DNA of 64,000 bases from Lingula anatina (GCA_051362555.1 CM120646.1:14570001-14634000), one strand, 5' to 3'; positions 27,301-41,202 are shown, numbered from the stretch's first letter. Numbers and translations: made by a program. The notes: a model not told the origin generated them from the letters alone.

Positions 27301-27673
27301 CAGTTCAGTTTAAATCATTTATAGCGTAGGTTATAGCGGATCATTCATAAGCGTACACTTAGTGTTTTATATCTTTATCAAAAAATCTATCAACTGCAAA
27401 AACTACTTCAATTCTTCTGTTCCCCCGTCACAGCTCAACATTTGATTGAAAAGAACATAAACTAATTTATAATTTCTGAATTAGTGACTAATAGTATAAA
27501 CATTATAACAAAAAACACTGCGTGACCTGCAAACAGCTTGGTAAATGAACAATCATCAGCAGCTAATTTCAACAAATGCGTAATACTGAATAAAACAAAT
27601 CTGATCTGACGAAAGTTTTCATTCCACTCGACTGATCACGGACTTGGAATACAGTCATCAGCTGTGAGATGGT

Positions 27674-28060
27674 TTATATAAATACACGTTCAGGGTCCGT
27701 AATTTTTATCGTGAGGCGAATAGCATGGACGCTGACTCACCGCCTGCCCAATCCATATTCCCGGACATTTCGCGGCCCCGAAAGTGAACACTGAACGCCT
27801 CGTCTAGAAACCAGGTTCCGGCACGAGCACGCAGCTGCTTGATGATCGGAACTTGGAAATACAGTGAAAACCAGGAAAATCTGGCTTGGTGCTGACGTCA
27901 CAGGATTAACTGGACCCAGGGATAAAAACGACGCTGAAGCCGCTGTAGGATCACACTCTGAAGAAACGGCAGGGAAGAGTGAAAACTTGTCAAGAAAGAA
28001 CGATAGCTGCATCAGAGAAACGGTTTAGAGGCGTAACTTCTTATTTCACTACGAACCAAG
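27674..28060 (+). promoter_or_regulatory. Putative TATA box and non-coding first exon of GT2 copy 1
   Basis: TATAAATA at about 27677. The exon ends cactacgaaccaag|gtgagc (28060). The same exon end and following intron start are conserved before copy 3 (cactacgaaccaag|gtaaga, 56109). Confidence 0.55.
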
Positions 28061-29817
28061 GTGAGCATTTTGTTTTGTTAAAAAATAAATATGATTAAAG
28101 AATTAGGAGCACATTTATTTTTCTTTTCTTTTCAGAATGTTGTTGTTGTTTCTTAGTTAGGTTTATTTTTCATTTCATTATTTAATCACATTTATCATTA
28201 GCTGCATGATGAGTTTTTTCTCGGTATTTTTATTTATTAATTAACGTGGTTTGCCATCCGCTCAACATTTCGCGTAGGTTTTGAATAGCGGTGTATAAGT
28301 TTACTGTTCCTTTATTTCAAGAGTTTAAATTAATAAGAAAAATTATGACAACCTGATCTAAGATTAACAAACATTAGGGCAGTGTCGGCATATGTGATAT
28401 TGCCTTGCGGGGCACAGGCGACAATATTGAAGTGAGCGATTGACAGTGCCCTAGCTATGCCTGTTTTGTTTAATTGAACGCTGCAGGTACATCGTGCCAG
28501 AATTAAAGGGGGAATTTTCAGTAGAATTAAAAAAAAATTCTTTAGTTATTTCCGAATTGTAAATTTAGGATGAAATGTAAGATTACAGGGTTTGGCACTA
28601 TTGGATGACTACCCCAACACTTCCCTTCCACTACTATGGCAGATAAAAATAGACCATTGTAAAAAAACTAGTCTCTGAAGAATAATTCAATTGAGTTTAT
28701 CGTAGTTTATGGCCTCTGACCTAAAATACATAATAATCTGTACTTCTACAAAAGTAGGTTTACTGAGGTAATTCACTACAGTGGAGAAGTAGTATAAGGT
28801 TGAAGTTAAAATGTTGAGCAACTCTTTTTTTCTTATTATTTTTAAAAGCCAAAGTCCAGCATCGCTACAACAGTGATGATCTTTTTGAAAAAAGAGTCAG
28901 TTGTATTGAAATTATTGAAGAAACCTCGTGCAGCTACATCGGGTAAATACATATGGAAAGGTGATACATATACCAGTAATGCACCATCGTAAAGGAGGGA
29001 AAAGGTTGCGATAACTCGATCATAGCACTATAAACAAGTGCTATTGCTTGGAGGGGGGGGGGGGGGGGGGGGGGTAGAGGGGGGTTAGATCAGGTAAATA
29101 ACAGCTCGTTCATTGACTCACTGCCGGTTCGGAAGTAACTGACGTTAAATTCCAGGTACAACAGCTGATGAGTTTACACGTGCGATTGCATAGCACATTA
29201 TTCTTAACCGCAGAAGTATAGCAACGTAATTGACGGATGCGGAACTGCGGTTGATGCAGTGTTTAATACAGCAGTAACGGATTTTAATTTGTCAGCAGGA
29301 AGAGGATATTACAACATGTGCATTATCATTTCTCATGAACAAGTCTGGGTTGATTTTAGCGTTAGATGATTTAAGTCGGTACGATATGCTTGTAAGAGGC
29401 TCCCTAGAACCACTCGAAATATATATATATAGAAGTTCATACAACGCTTGGTAATGCTATTTAAAAGCTGTCTAATAATATTTTAAAAGATAAGTAAATA
29501 AAGCTAAAAGATTTAAGCAAGTTTACAAGATGACTGAAAGAACTGAAGATGTTACAAACACTACAAAGCTTTCACATTGAATATCATGTGTTTTCGGTGA
29601 ATGAACAAGGAACATGGGCACTAGGAATCAAGAAAAATATCAAAAACAAAATTTTTAGAACCTGCGTCATGTAGTACTCTTCTTCGCATTTAACAAATCC
29701 AGCAACGAATTATTTTATTTATCTATTTATTAAACAAGCAAATTACTAAAAATAAATGAGTTAAATGACTTTGCTTAATTAATATATATATATATATATA
29801 TTTTTTACAGATTAACA

Positions 29818-32507
29818 ATGGCTGATGTTGTCCCGATTTCCTTTACGCGACGATTGAGCGTGAGCGCGGACGATGTTTCATCTAAAGGGAAAGTTGGTCC
29901 CTCTCTCCCAAATGTTGACAGTGGAATAAATCTACATTCACAAAATGGCAGTTACACCTCGCTGGACACTATGTCACGTGTTTCAAGCTCCGTAAGTCTC
30001 GACCAACAGGTCCCAGATTGTGACGGGATGTTTCACTGCTCCCCTGCTGATGATGGGTACTCCACCGTTGATGACGACGCCGCCAGTATGACGTCAGGGA
30101 GTGACAGCGAAAGCGGCATTGACAGCACTCCACAAAGTGCGGTAAACACACTCCAAAAACACTCCAAAAATAAACAGCCAGCCTCAAAGAAAAATGTGGA
30201 TTTCTCTAATCCCAAAGATGGTAAGACTTGTACCAGCTACTGGTATATTAATGAAGATGATTAAAAAACCCAGTAAAGAAATAATTCCAATATAATATCA
30301 ATACTGTGGTTATATCAAATTCATACAGCTTTATCTTTAAGATTTTAGAGGAGGCATCTTACATGTATGTCAACAATGGTTTTTCTAAATACGACCACAG
30401 CAGAATAGGAAAATATGTATTTTCCGAAATATCCCATACTTTAAAAGTGAATCATTTGTCATTTACGTAAGAGGTATTAACAAACCTATCGCTGCAAACA
30501 TTCTACGCATCTTACAAGATATTTTTTTCTGCATTCAGAACTGATGAGGAAGTTGAAAGAGCAATACAAAGCCGACTCCCCTAATGCCACCAGGGCCGAG
30601 CTTCAAGTGGAGCAGAACCAGATGCATGCTGGCGTCCATCTATCCACAAAAACTCTATCCTTAAAAGGAGAAGGTCTATCAGAAGAAAGCAAAGATAGCA
30701 TCACCTCCGTATTTTCAGAAGAAAATGAGAAAAACGCAAGAACCTACATCACGACAGGCGGTAATGAACTACCTCCACAAGGAGACCTCCCTGAAGGAAA
30801 ATCACCACTTCAAGGGGCAATTGACACAGGGATTACTCATAAACCAATGAAGACAGGGAAACAGAGGTTCAGGTGGAACCTTATATTTAACCTTCTCTTC
30901 TGGATCATCGTCCCAATGCCTGTGTGGGTGCCGTTTGTGTCACAGACCGTCGCCTGGTACTTAATTCCTGCTGTCCAGGCTGTATTTGTCTTCATGTGGG
31001 TAGTAGTGGTTACCTTGGCCTGCAAGAACATGATTGTCCTTTACTGGTAAGTATTGGCTCCTGAATGAACTCTGTATCATAAAAGATATTAAAAAAACAA
31101 TGACGAAATATTATTATTATTATTATTATTTATTTTATTTTTTTTTTTTTTGTAATTCTTGTGGACTCAAATGCATGAACTAATATATGTTAATAATGTT
31201 ATTGCCATAATAATCTAGGATTCATTTTCTCATCTTTCAATTTTAGGAACAAAAATAAAGATTTCCGAGAAGACTACCCCGACTACACTGACATCCGCCA
31301 CCTGGTGGCCATCAGCTGTTACAAGGAACCAGTAGAACTGATTGCAAGAAGCGTTCAAACTTTAGCAGACCAGACCGAAGTCGGGCGCATCTCCATGGTG
31401 ATTTCTTTTGAAGAAAAGACACCGGAAGTGCAAACAAAATGCGATAAACTCCGTGAGATTTTTAAGGATGCTGGTTTCGAGCGTCTAATCTTCACCATAC
31501 ACCCCTTTGGTCTTCCAAATGAGATCCCTGGAAAGTGCTCTAATGCCAATCACGGCCTCCGCCAGGCGACGCAGGTAATGCAAGAGGAGCTTGGGGCATA
31601 CTTCGATGCTGAAAAGATTATCGTGACCACTTGTGATGCCGACTCATACTTCCACCCTAGCTACATTGCAGCTCTGACTTCCAAGTTCATGAAAGAAAAG
31701 ACCCCCCATGGAGTCGTATTCCAGGCACCCTTGTTCTACAACTGGGGATTGGATGGAAGTAGCTTTGTCACCCGTGTCACCGGTCTTCTCCGTACCACTC
31801 TCATGATGGGGGCTCTCATCCCATTCAACATCAATTCCATGAGCATTTTCTCCTTTTCCCTGCGGCTGTGTATTGATGGAAACTTTGTTCACCCCGCCTA
31901 CCAGATGGACGACATCATTTGCCTGATCCGATGGATGGGCGTTACTCGTCGCCGCATCCGTACTCCGATGATCCCGGTCCCCGTCATCAGCGGACCCACA
32001 TCCGGTGAGACCGTGGAGTTGGAAGTGGCTGAATGGGCGCGTCAAGCCAGAAGATGGACCATTGGTGCCGCTGAAGTCTTCCACTACTACGTTATTAAAG
32101 CCGGTCGCATGCCTTTCTGGCCTGCCTTCTCCTGGGGTCTTTGTTTCCTTTCATATTACGGCATCCTACTCTGCTCGGGAGGTTTGTACGGTATATCTGC
32201 CGGTTTGTCTATGGCTTTCCTGGTGAAAGACGCACCGTTCTACATTAACTACGCGATGTACGGTTTAGCAGGGCTCCAGCAACTCGCCTTTTTGGGGGTT
32301 TTCATGATGGACGTTTTCGGACCAAGATTGATGAAGGTCAAAGAGCATATTAGTTTCGTTCGTAACTTTCTTCATTTTCTCCTCACCCCGCTGGTGCTAC
32401 TAGGGTACTCCTTAGTGGAGTTCTACGCCCTGCACGAAGTTGCTATCAGAGGAAAAGAAGTCTGCAAACATGGCGCCTCGAAGAAGAGTGCGCTGGGAAA
32501 TGTTTAA
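29818..32507 (+). CDS. Membrane GT2 processive glycosyltransferase (cellulose-synthase-like, D,D,D,QxxRW), copy 1, about 723 aa
   Basis: Exons 29818-30220, 30539-31046 and 31247-32507 (GT-AG, 2172 nt, in frame). Ser/Asp-rich N-terminus, two TM helices, then CYKEP, FEEK, GKCSNAN, CDADS, QAPLFYN, MDD and QARRW motifs, followed by several C-terminal TM segments. Confidence 0.88.
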
Positions 32508-34009
32508 GTGATATTTTTGTGCAGACCTCAAAAGGTTCTCGTAAAAAATAAAAAAAACAGCTAGGTATTCTTACTTCGGGGGAACCACGCTTGCAAGGTT
32601 CACGCTTAGGGGATTTGCACACCAGATGTTGGTACTCACTTGCTGTTCTCAACTGTCACAGTTCCGGTACGTCAAAACTGTTTCGTTAATACAACGTACT
32701 GAATTCTATCTAACAAAGGCCAGCTCGTTGATAACTGCATGTTTAGCAAATATTCTCCTTACAGTTGAGAAATGTAAGCATAATAACCAAAGACATATCT
32801 TTGAATACCAAATAAGAATAAGAATTCATGTGACCCTGCTAGTGGGCAATCATCTTATCAGTTTAAGCTTTTAGAGTGATATTTTATCAATAATGATGCT
32901 GTCTCGTATCTATTTGAAAAATCCTCGTATTGCATATAACAGGACTTCAATAATGTTTCTTTGATGCCAAGAGTGGTTTCAGTGGAATGGACCCTGGTTA
33001 TCGTCAATTTGTGAGGTCAGAGTGAAAGCTTTATACTGAATAGACGTAAAATCGTGGCGCTATATATAGGTAATGGTAGATGATGTATTTATTCAGCTTA
33101 ATGTTGTTGAAGCAGTATTTTAGTGTCGCATGTTTTATTTAAAACTTTGGACTTCTTGTCTCTTGTGTTTTGTAAGACATTGTTCTGAACAGTTCAACTA
33201 AGACTTACTGTCTCTTTTGATGTATATTTTAATGTATTCAAATACAAATGTACATGTTTATTTTTTCATAAAAGTACTTTAAGCTTTTAAAATAGACATC
33301 TCTTTAACTGTAAATTGGAATGTCATTGTTAATTATCTCCAGTTCATTGTCTCGTATTTAATTATTTATTAGAAACTCATTCCGTGCAATATATTCAAGA
33401 AGTATGTTGTAGTAGTTTTCATATAAAATGCATTCCATCTCATTATGTGAGGGATATTACGGTGTACTAAAATGAATTAAGGTTTACTCCAAGTGAAAAA
33501 TATCTCTATAAAAAGAATTGTTTTCTGTTATCGTATTGTTAAAGCTTTATGTTATAATATCGTTTTTACATTTAGGCTTCTGGTAAGCGACTGGTTGTTT
33601 GGTGCCTGGCTCGCTTGTCATAGTTGTTTTAACGATAGATTTGTTGTATCATAATTGTATATATGCATATGTTAATTTATTAATAAAAAATATACAAATT
33701 TAAACAAACTGAATCTATTTCAAACTTTATCTATTTTTACGTAATAACGACGAAGAATTAACACATTAATAAGAGCTCAGACAAATTATTATTTAGTTGA
33801 GCTCACACAAAAGAACCATTTTCGGACAAACTTTTCCCTTTCTTGAACACGCTAATGTTCGCAACAGAAACGTTCTTATTATTTTCGTTGTCGTTGTTGT
33901 CTTCTGACAGTTCAGTAGACTTCAGCGGTTTAATGATGATCCATTTTTAGTTTACAATTACGTTATTTGACCAGAAATGGTACAAAAACATTGAATCCAA
34001 GTGCAAAGA
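32508..34009 (+). repeat. 3' UTR/downstream segment duplicated at 62475-64000
   Basis: Colinear sequence, nearly identical from about 33540 (vs 63533) to the window end. AATAAA at about 33682 and 63677. Confidence 0.9.
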
Positions 34010-36759
34010 TGAGTCGAGACATAATTCATGAGATGGAAAATTGTTCTTTTTTCCTTGGGGTGAATAAGATATAGGATTTATACAGTATAAATTTGTGTTA
34101 CATTTAAATTTGCTTCGCGATAATATTCAACGACGCAAACAACATTAACACAATCACTGATGAAAAAATGATGCACTCATTTTCCAAGATGACATCGACG
34201 TCCCTCTTGCCCTTTAAGAACACACAATGTTTGTTTAAATTATTTCAATGCAGAATGGAATCAACAAAGAAACTTTCAGAAAACTGTTCGATTTCCATTG
34301 TTCTGACACTCTTCCACAAAACTGATGTTTGTTCATGTTCGAAGGGAGACTGTGTGTAAGACGTCGCTTATTTTATATCGTTAATTGCATTCATTAGCGC
34401 AAAGATTACATCGTTTGTTATTTTGATAAACGAACGTACACAAATCAAGGTGTGTCAACCCCTTTGTATTTATTGGTTATTTAGCACTTAAATGTCCAAT
34501 TTTTTCTCTCAGGGTAGCTGCGATAATCTTACTACATGTTTGGTATGCTATGTGGCATTTTATATATGCAGAAAAACAATTGTTTTTGAATATCCTATAT
34601 CTAGCAATTTTTTAACATTCACAAAAATACATTTAACAGATTATCTCAATTTTAAATTATTTATCCTTAATCTGTTTACAATTTTAGAGTTTTCATGATG
34701 CACTCAGTTAACAAGATGACGCCCCCATTCTCTTTAAAACACGTTTGTTTTAATTATGTCAATGTAGAATGAACTTCACAAAGAAGCTTGGAGCAAGCTG
34801 TGTGCTCGATTTCCATTGTTTGGACACTCCCGTACGAAACTGGTGTTGGTACGAAGGGAAATTGTTTGTAAGACGACGCACAAAGTGGTTTGTGGCTAAC
34901 TTATCAGCCTGTAAGCGTGTCCGTTCACACTTCGGTTGTTGTGGTCACTGGAGACGTCAAAAAGCATGTTAATTTCCTTGTGCTAATCAGATTTTTATCT
35001 GCTCCGGGTACACGTGTCCGAAAGTGAGAGTTTAACCCGAATGGCTTGTATTGAAACAAGTGCCCTCTCCTCATATGGTGTAATATATTTCAAAGTTGAT
35101 AATCTTTTAGTATGCTATTTATACTTAATGGCCGACTGCAGATATTCAAATGTAAATTCTCTTCACATGCTTCAACATTCAAACATATGGCAACAGACTT
35201 CCATAAAGAGAGACAATAATTCATAAATACATCATCTAATTTGGAAGAACTCTGCGATTTGTAAATATGTGAACACGTTTCTTTATACCTGTCAATGGCT
35301 GACTGTCAGAGATGAAGATCTCGATATCAAGTCAATAATTATTATGGCGTTTTTTTTTTGTTTTTTTTTTGTTTTACACGAGGTTAATAATGCAATATGC
35401 ATGATTATTGGATTGAAGGAAAGATCACATATTAGTATATCAGTACCCTAAATAAAAAGGAAATGATAATCTCTTTTGTTTCGTCCACATTGCAATTGAC
35501 TTTAAATATTCTCTATCAACATCAGTTTTTACGTTTAAAATCCTCTATCAACATCAGTTTTTACATTTAAAAATTGCCAAGGATATATTAAACAAAGTGC
35601 CTCAATTTGAAATTATATATTCTACATCTCTTCACACTTTAGACCCTATAGACGACTGTTATGAAGTCAACCGTACAAGTTTGATTGAAAGGAAGCAAAG
35701 ATGCGTCTTTACCTATCTTTCTTAAAATATAGATAATGGTATTTAGAATGACAAACAAAATGTGAAGTAAAATGCAAATTTTTTAAAAGTTGCCATAAAA
35801 TATTTCACATCATGATTGAATATAGCGTCTGCAATTATACATACACATAAACTCAGAAGGGTAATTTTTTTAAAAATTCATACAGTCGTGTAAGGTTCCG
35901 TCGATTGTATGAGTAAGTTGTATGAGTATGCATTATCAGCAGCCCGTGACAGGTAAGGACATGTTCGTTCAAGTGATAACCTCACCTCCCATGGTGTCAT
36001 TACCTGAGGGCAGATGAATGTATACGCCCGTTACAAAACCCTTTTATTATTGAACTCGTTTTGTCTATCTCTTACAATTCACGTCTCATTTTACCTCGTT
36101 TTAGACACGATGTCAATGAGTAGCGCGCATAAGTAAGGGCGAGAGCTGTGGGCGTGTGTATGTGTGTGTGTGTTTTTATATATGTATTTAAGATAATTAA
36201 GGCGAATAGTTTTCAAGATTACCCATATCATATGAACAAAATTACGTTTTAAACTGGTCCTGATCCGTCAATTTGTTGAGGCACGCGTCTTTCAGGTCAC
36301 TAATAGACTCAGAGACTCACGAGGACTGTTATCATCATGTTTACTCGTACATGTAGTTACCACCTACGAGACACCTTCTTCCAGCATTACTGACCCTTGG
36401 ATGTCGCTGCCGCGAGTACTCGAGAGATGACGACCGTAATAAGCCTCTATAAGCACGTCAATTTTCTCACATACACCGTGGAATTTTTTAAAAGTCAGTT
36501 TTTAATTGTTGACGGGAGGAGTCTGTCTTTATTATGTCTATATCTTAGCCAGCGGTCGATTTGTGAAAAATTGCGGAAAGGGGAGGGGGGGTTACAAAAA
36601 TGACATTTTTCGATAGATAAATCAATAAAATAAATAGATGGAAAATAAATACCTAAATTGTGCTACTGTCTGCCATTTCTTTCATAATTTAATGCATAGG
36701 TTTGTTAATTTTTATTACCACAAGGCATTTGGATGAAACTTCAGTTTTCCATATCCTTA

Positions 36760-37450
36760 TAAAAGATCAGAGGGCCACTAGGAGGATATTTAGAAAGAGC
36801 GTTTTGGGAATATACATTTAGTTGCTAACTCTTTGGTTGGCAATCGTAGACATGGGAAAGCAACGCAAGACAATTGATATGAATTGCAGAAGAGTTACCA
36901 ATTGCGAGTCTGACATTGGAAAATATATCTGAAGGGTGAAATATAGGCCTAAAATCAGAAAGTCATCCTTGATAAAGTACATAAAAATAGTAATTAATCT
37001 GTGAAGGGTTGAAAAAAGAAGACACTCGAAATAAGAAATGGCGACGGAATTTGTCATTTGTCCAATTCGCAGACTATATGACTTTGTCAGCCAAGGTCGG
37101 TAACCATCCGGTGTACGGAGACCAATGTTGGCCCAAACGGATCGGTTTTTCTTCCACGTTTGCATGCGCTAATCAAAATGAAACTCCGTCGAACACGATT
37201 AACCGGAATTGTGTTCCTGTTTTGTCAATAAAATCACAAGTCGTTTGTTTCTGTGTGATAATTTCAAGAAAATGGAGGTATCAGCGCAAATCGCGTTAAT
37301 TAAGAGACGCAAGCTGTGTCTCAATTGCTTAGACGCAGGACATTTCCTCGATAGCTGTACTAAGCTGTCCATGTGCAGAGTGACCGGTTGTGTAGATAAG
37401 CACTCTAGATTATTTCACATCACCGATCTGGGCCCCGTAACTCGAAAGAA
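36760..37450 (+). mobile_element. BEL/Pao LTR retrotransposon gag remnant
   Basis: Frameshifted peptides FVQFADYMTLSAKVGNHPVYG and LFLCDNFKKM..IKRRKLCLNCLDAGHFLDSCTKLSMCRVTGCVDKHSRLFH. The latter is the Pao/BEL triple zinc-knuckle pattern. Confidence 0.75.
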
Positions 37451-37860
37451 TCGCGCATTGCGACCGAGCGCAAGCGTCTGGATTCCATAACTCGCCCATA
37501 GTCGTCCCATAAAATACATTGTTGCCTCTATGTGATATCGCCATCCGCAATGCGCGGGCCCAGGTCGTGAGATCCTCGACCGCGAAAATGCTGTTTGGCC
37601 TGATAAGGCCGCGAGTTTTTCAGCTGCGTCAAATAGCGGTGTTCTGTTTGCGCATTGTTACAGTTAGTAAATAACAAGACAAAGGACTTGCGATTTTGGA
37701 TAGCGGGTCAGTGTCTTCTTCCATATCACTGCACTTGACTTCTTTTCTTTGCTTTGATACAAAAAATAAATGTCAACTTCAAGTTTATTAGGTCGACTGT
37801 TGTTTGACTTGACGCGTCTTTTTGCAACGACACTTCGAAGACGTACAGCCTGTTTTTCTG

Positions 37861-38436
37861 ATGTCAGGGAGTGACAGCGAAAGCGGCTTTGACAGCACTC
37901 CACCAAATGCGGTAAACACACTCCAAAAACACTCCAAAAATAAACAGCCAGTCCCAAAGAAAAATATGGATTTCTCTAATCCCAAAGAAGGTAAGGTATA
38001 GCAGTCACTGGTATCTGAATGACAATTATTAAAATAAGTTTTGCTAACAGTATTGAACACTCCAGTAGCGAAGGTGATACAACTCTTCCGTAAGATGTTA
38101 TTTTGTTGGTCGTGTGACCATTCCCATATATGGAATTCATTGGTAATTCGGGACGCATGGAGGCGGTCGTGTAGAGCACGTGACATTTTGATTGCAACTG
38201 ATGAATACAAATGTTTTGTCGTTTTGATAATTTTTTACACAAATCCACATACTTTTATTCAACTGGAAAATAAGATTTTGGATGGTAATTCGGCGAGAAT
38301 TTATAAGTTATGTGGATATAATTCCCTTGTTTACCCTTATGATGTCGTGGCGGTGGCCGCCGTTTTGGAATTTTAAGCTGTGCATATCGTTATTTGAATG
38401 AAAATGAAATTACGGTGAAAAGTAGTGTTTTATCCA

Positions 38437-38524
<88 letters not shown>

Positions 38525-41202
38525 AGAGTAATTCTTGTCGGTGTTAATTATCCAAATCATTTCTTATTATCGGCCAGTGGTGGTTCACCAGAAAAATATA
38601 TACAGTACATGAAGAATACCTTTAAGGTAGTGAGTATCACCTTTTTAGCATGGAATTTGTACTGCAGTACAATTGTTTGATGAATTTTACATGGCTTGAC
38701 TTTATGCATTGGAGCTGCGTTCGTTTTTAAAACAACGGTTAAACTGTAAGTGTCCAACATGGGTACTGCGCAAGAGCCGCCAAGTGCCCCAAAGTTATCA
38801 TTTTATATCGCACGTGAGATGCTATTTCCAAATAAAAAAATGGCTGCCTCTGTGCGATCATGTAGGGTCTACATTATGTCTTCTTGATGTATGCAAAATT
38901 GAACATTTTAGGCTCACTGATACAGCAATCCACCACTGAGCCAGAATAACAAAAAGTGTCCTTTTTTGTCCTAAGAGGGCCCTGCGACATTATTCATATA
39001 CAATTCTTTTTCCTGTGACATTATTCATATATCATTTATATACCATTCTTTTCCTAAAAACCACAGCACTTGGACATAATGTCCAAGCACAGCAGAAAAG
39101 AGAAAAATGTAATGGTTTTGTTTCAGAATAGTCCATACTTTAAGTTTGGGTGTATGGTTTGGCGTATACTGTGTAAGGGATATTTACAAACCTACCGATG
39201 CAAACATTGTTGGTATGTAACAGGATATTTCTTCTCCTTTCAGAGCTGCAAAATGAAATGAAAGAGCAATACAAAGCAGGCTCATCCGATTCCACTAAGG
39301 TCGAGCTTCAAGTGGAACAAAACCAGATGCAAGCCGGCGTCCACCTAATCCCAAAGGCTCTTACCCTAAAAGGAGAAGGTTCACCAATAGAGGACAAAGA
39401 TCGCATTACCGTACTATCAGCAGAAAATTACAAACCCCAAAGAGTTTATACAACAACTAATAAACTACCTCTACAGGGAGACCTCCGAGAAAGAAAATCA
39501 TTTCATGGGGCCATTGACACAGCGGTTACTCATAAACCATTAAAGGCAGGGAAGCAGAGGTTAAGGTGGAACCTTATATTTAACCTTCTCTTCTGGATCA
39601 TCGTCCCAATGCCTGTGTGGGTGCCGTTTGTGTCACAGACCGTCGCCTGGTACTTAATTCCCGCTGTCCAGGCTGTATTTGTCTTCATGTGGGTGGTCGT
39701 GGTTACCTTGGCCTGCAAGAACATGATTGTCCTTTACATGTAAGTATTGGCTTCTGAATGACCTCTGTATCACAAAAGATATTGAAGCCGCGAAGAAACA
39801 ATGACGAAAGATGTTTTAGGTTTTGAAATTCATGTAGATTTGTTGTGTTGAAGTACAGCATGTATGATTTTTTAAAAATAATACTGCCACAAAATCCATG
39901 GATTCATATTCTCTACTTCTTTATTTCAGGAACAAAAATAAAGATTTCCGAGAAGACTATCCCGACTACACTGACATCCGCCACCTGGTGGCTATCAGCT
40001 GTTACAAGGAGCCAGTAGAACTGATTGCAAGAAGCGTTCAGACTTTAGCAGACCAGACCGAAGTCGGGCGCATCTCCATGGTGATTTCTTTTGAAGAGAA
40101 GACACCGGAAGTGCAAACAAAATGCGATAAACTTCGTGAGATTTTTAAAGATGCTGGTTTCGAGAAGCTGGTCTTCACAATTCACCCCTTTGGTCTTCCA
40201 AATGAAATCCCAGGAAAGTGCTCAAATGTTAATCACGGCCTCCGCCAGGCGACAAAGATAATGCAAGAGGAGCTTGCTGAAGGAGATGCTGAAAAGATTA
40301 TCGTGACCAATACTGACGCCGACACATACTTCCACCCTAGCTACATCGCAGCTCTGACTTCCACATTCATGAAGGAGAAGTCCCCTCATGGAGTCATATT
40401 CCAGGCACCCTTGTTCTACAACTGGGGTTTGGATGGAAGTAGCTTTGTCACCCGTGTCACCGGTCTTCTCCGTACCACTCTAATGATGGGGGCTCTGATC
40501 CCATTCAACATCAATTCCACGAGCATTTTCTCCTTTTCCCTGCGGCTGTGTATTGATGGAAACTTTTCCCACCCCGCCTACCAGATGGAGGATATCATCT
40601 GTCTGATCCGGTGGATGGGTGTAACTCGTCGCCGCCTCCGTATTCCGATGATCCCGGTCCCCGTCATCAGCGGACCCACATCCGGTGAGACCGTGGAGCT
40701 AGAAGTGGCTGAGTGGGCGCGTCAAGCCAGAAGATGGACCATAGGTGTCGCTGAAGTCTTCCACTACTACATGATTAAAGCTGGTCGCATGCCTGCCTGG
40801 CCTGCCTTCTCTTGGGGTCTTTGTTTCCTTTCTTACTACGGCATCCTGCTCTGCTCGGGAGGGTTGTACAGTATCTCTGCCGGTTTGTCCATGGCGTTCC
40901 TGGTGAAAGACGCACCGTTCTACATTAACTACGTGATGTACGGTTTGGCCGGGCTCCAGCAACTCGCTTTTCTTGGGGTCTTCATGATGGACGTATTCGG
41001 ACCAAGACTGATGAAGGTTAAAGAGCATATTAGTTTCGTTCGTAACTTTCTTCATTTTCTCCTCACCCCGCTGGTGCTACTAGGGTACTGCTTGGTGGAG
41101 TTCTACGCCCTGCACGAAGTTGCTATCAGAGGAAAAGAAGTCTGCAAACATGGCGCCTTGAAGAAGAGTGCGCTGGGAGTTGTTTCATCAACAGATTTGT
41201 GA
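37861..41202 (+). CDS. GT2 processive glycosyltransferase, copy 2, N-terminally truncated (about 632 aa if started at 37861)
   Basis: Exons 37861-37990, 39244-39739 and 39930-41202 (1899 nt, in frame, GT-AG). Catalytic exon open, with GKCSNVN, TDADT, MED and QARRW. Only the 3' third of coding exon 1 remains, so the start is uncertain. Confidence 0.78.
38441..38523. repeat. (TA)n(TG)n microsatellite
   Basis: Directly visible. Confidence 0.95.

Noticed and set aside
29165-29200. CTGATGA motif as a hammerhead core or snoRNA box
   Set aside because: No stem II/GAAA partner and no paired C/D box with terminal stem.
31644-32084. Antisense ORFs over the GT2 and SMB exons (also 40699-41055, 61611-61859, 52741-53142)
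   Set aside because: Shadow frames of GC-richer coding exons, with end points not conserved among paralogues.
31247-32507. Calling the GT2 chitin synthase, hyaluronan synthase or egghead
   Set aside because: It lacks the chitin synthase size and EDR/QRRRW, the HAS GDDRxLT/QQxRW, and the egghead KARAL/HLDEE motifs. No gene symbol assigned.
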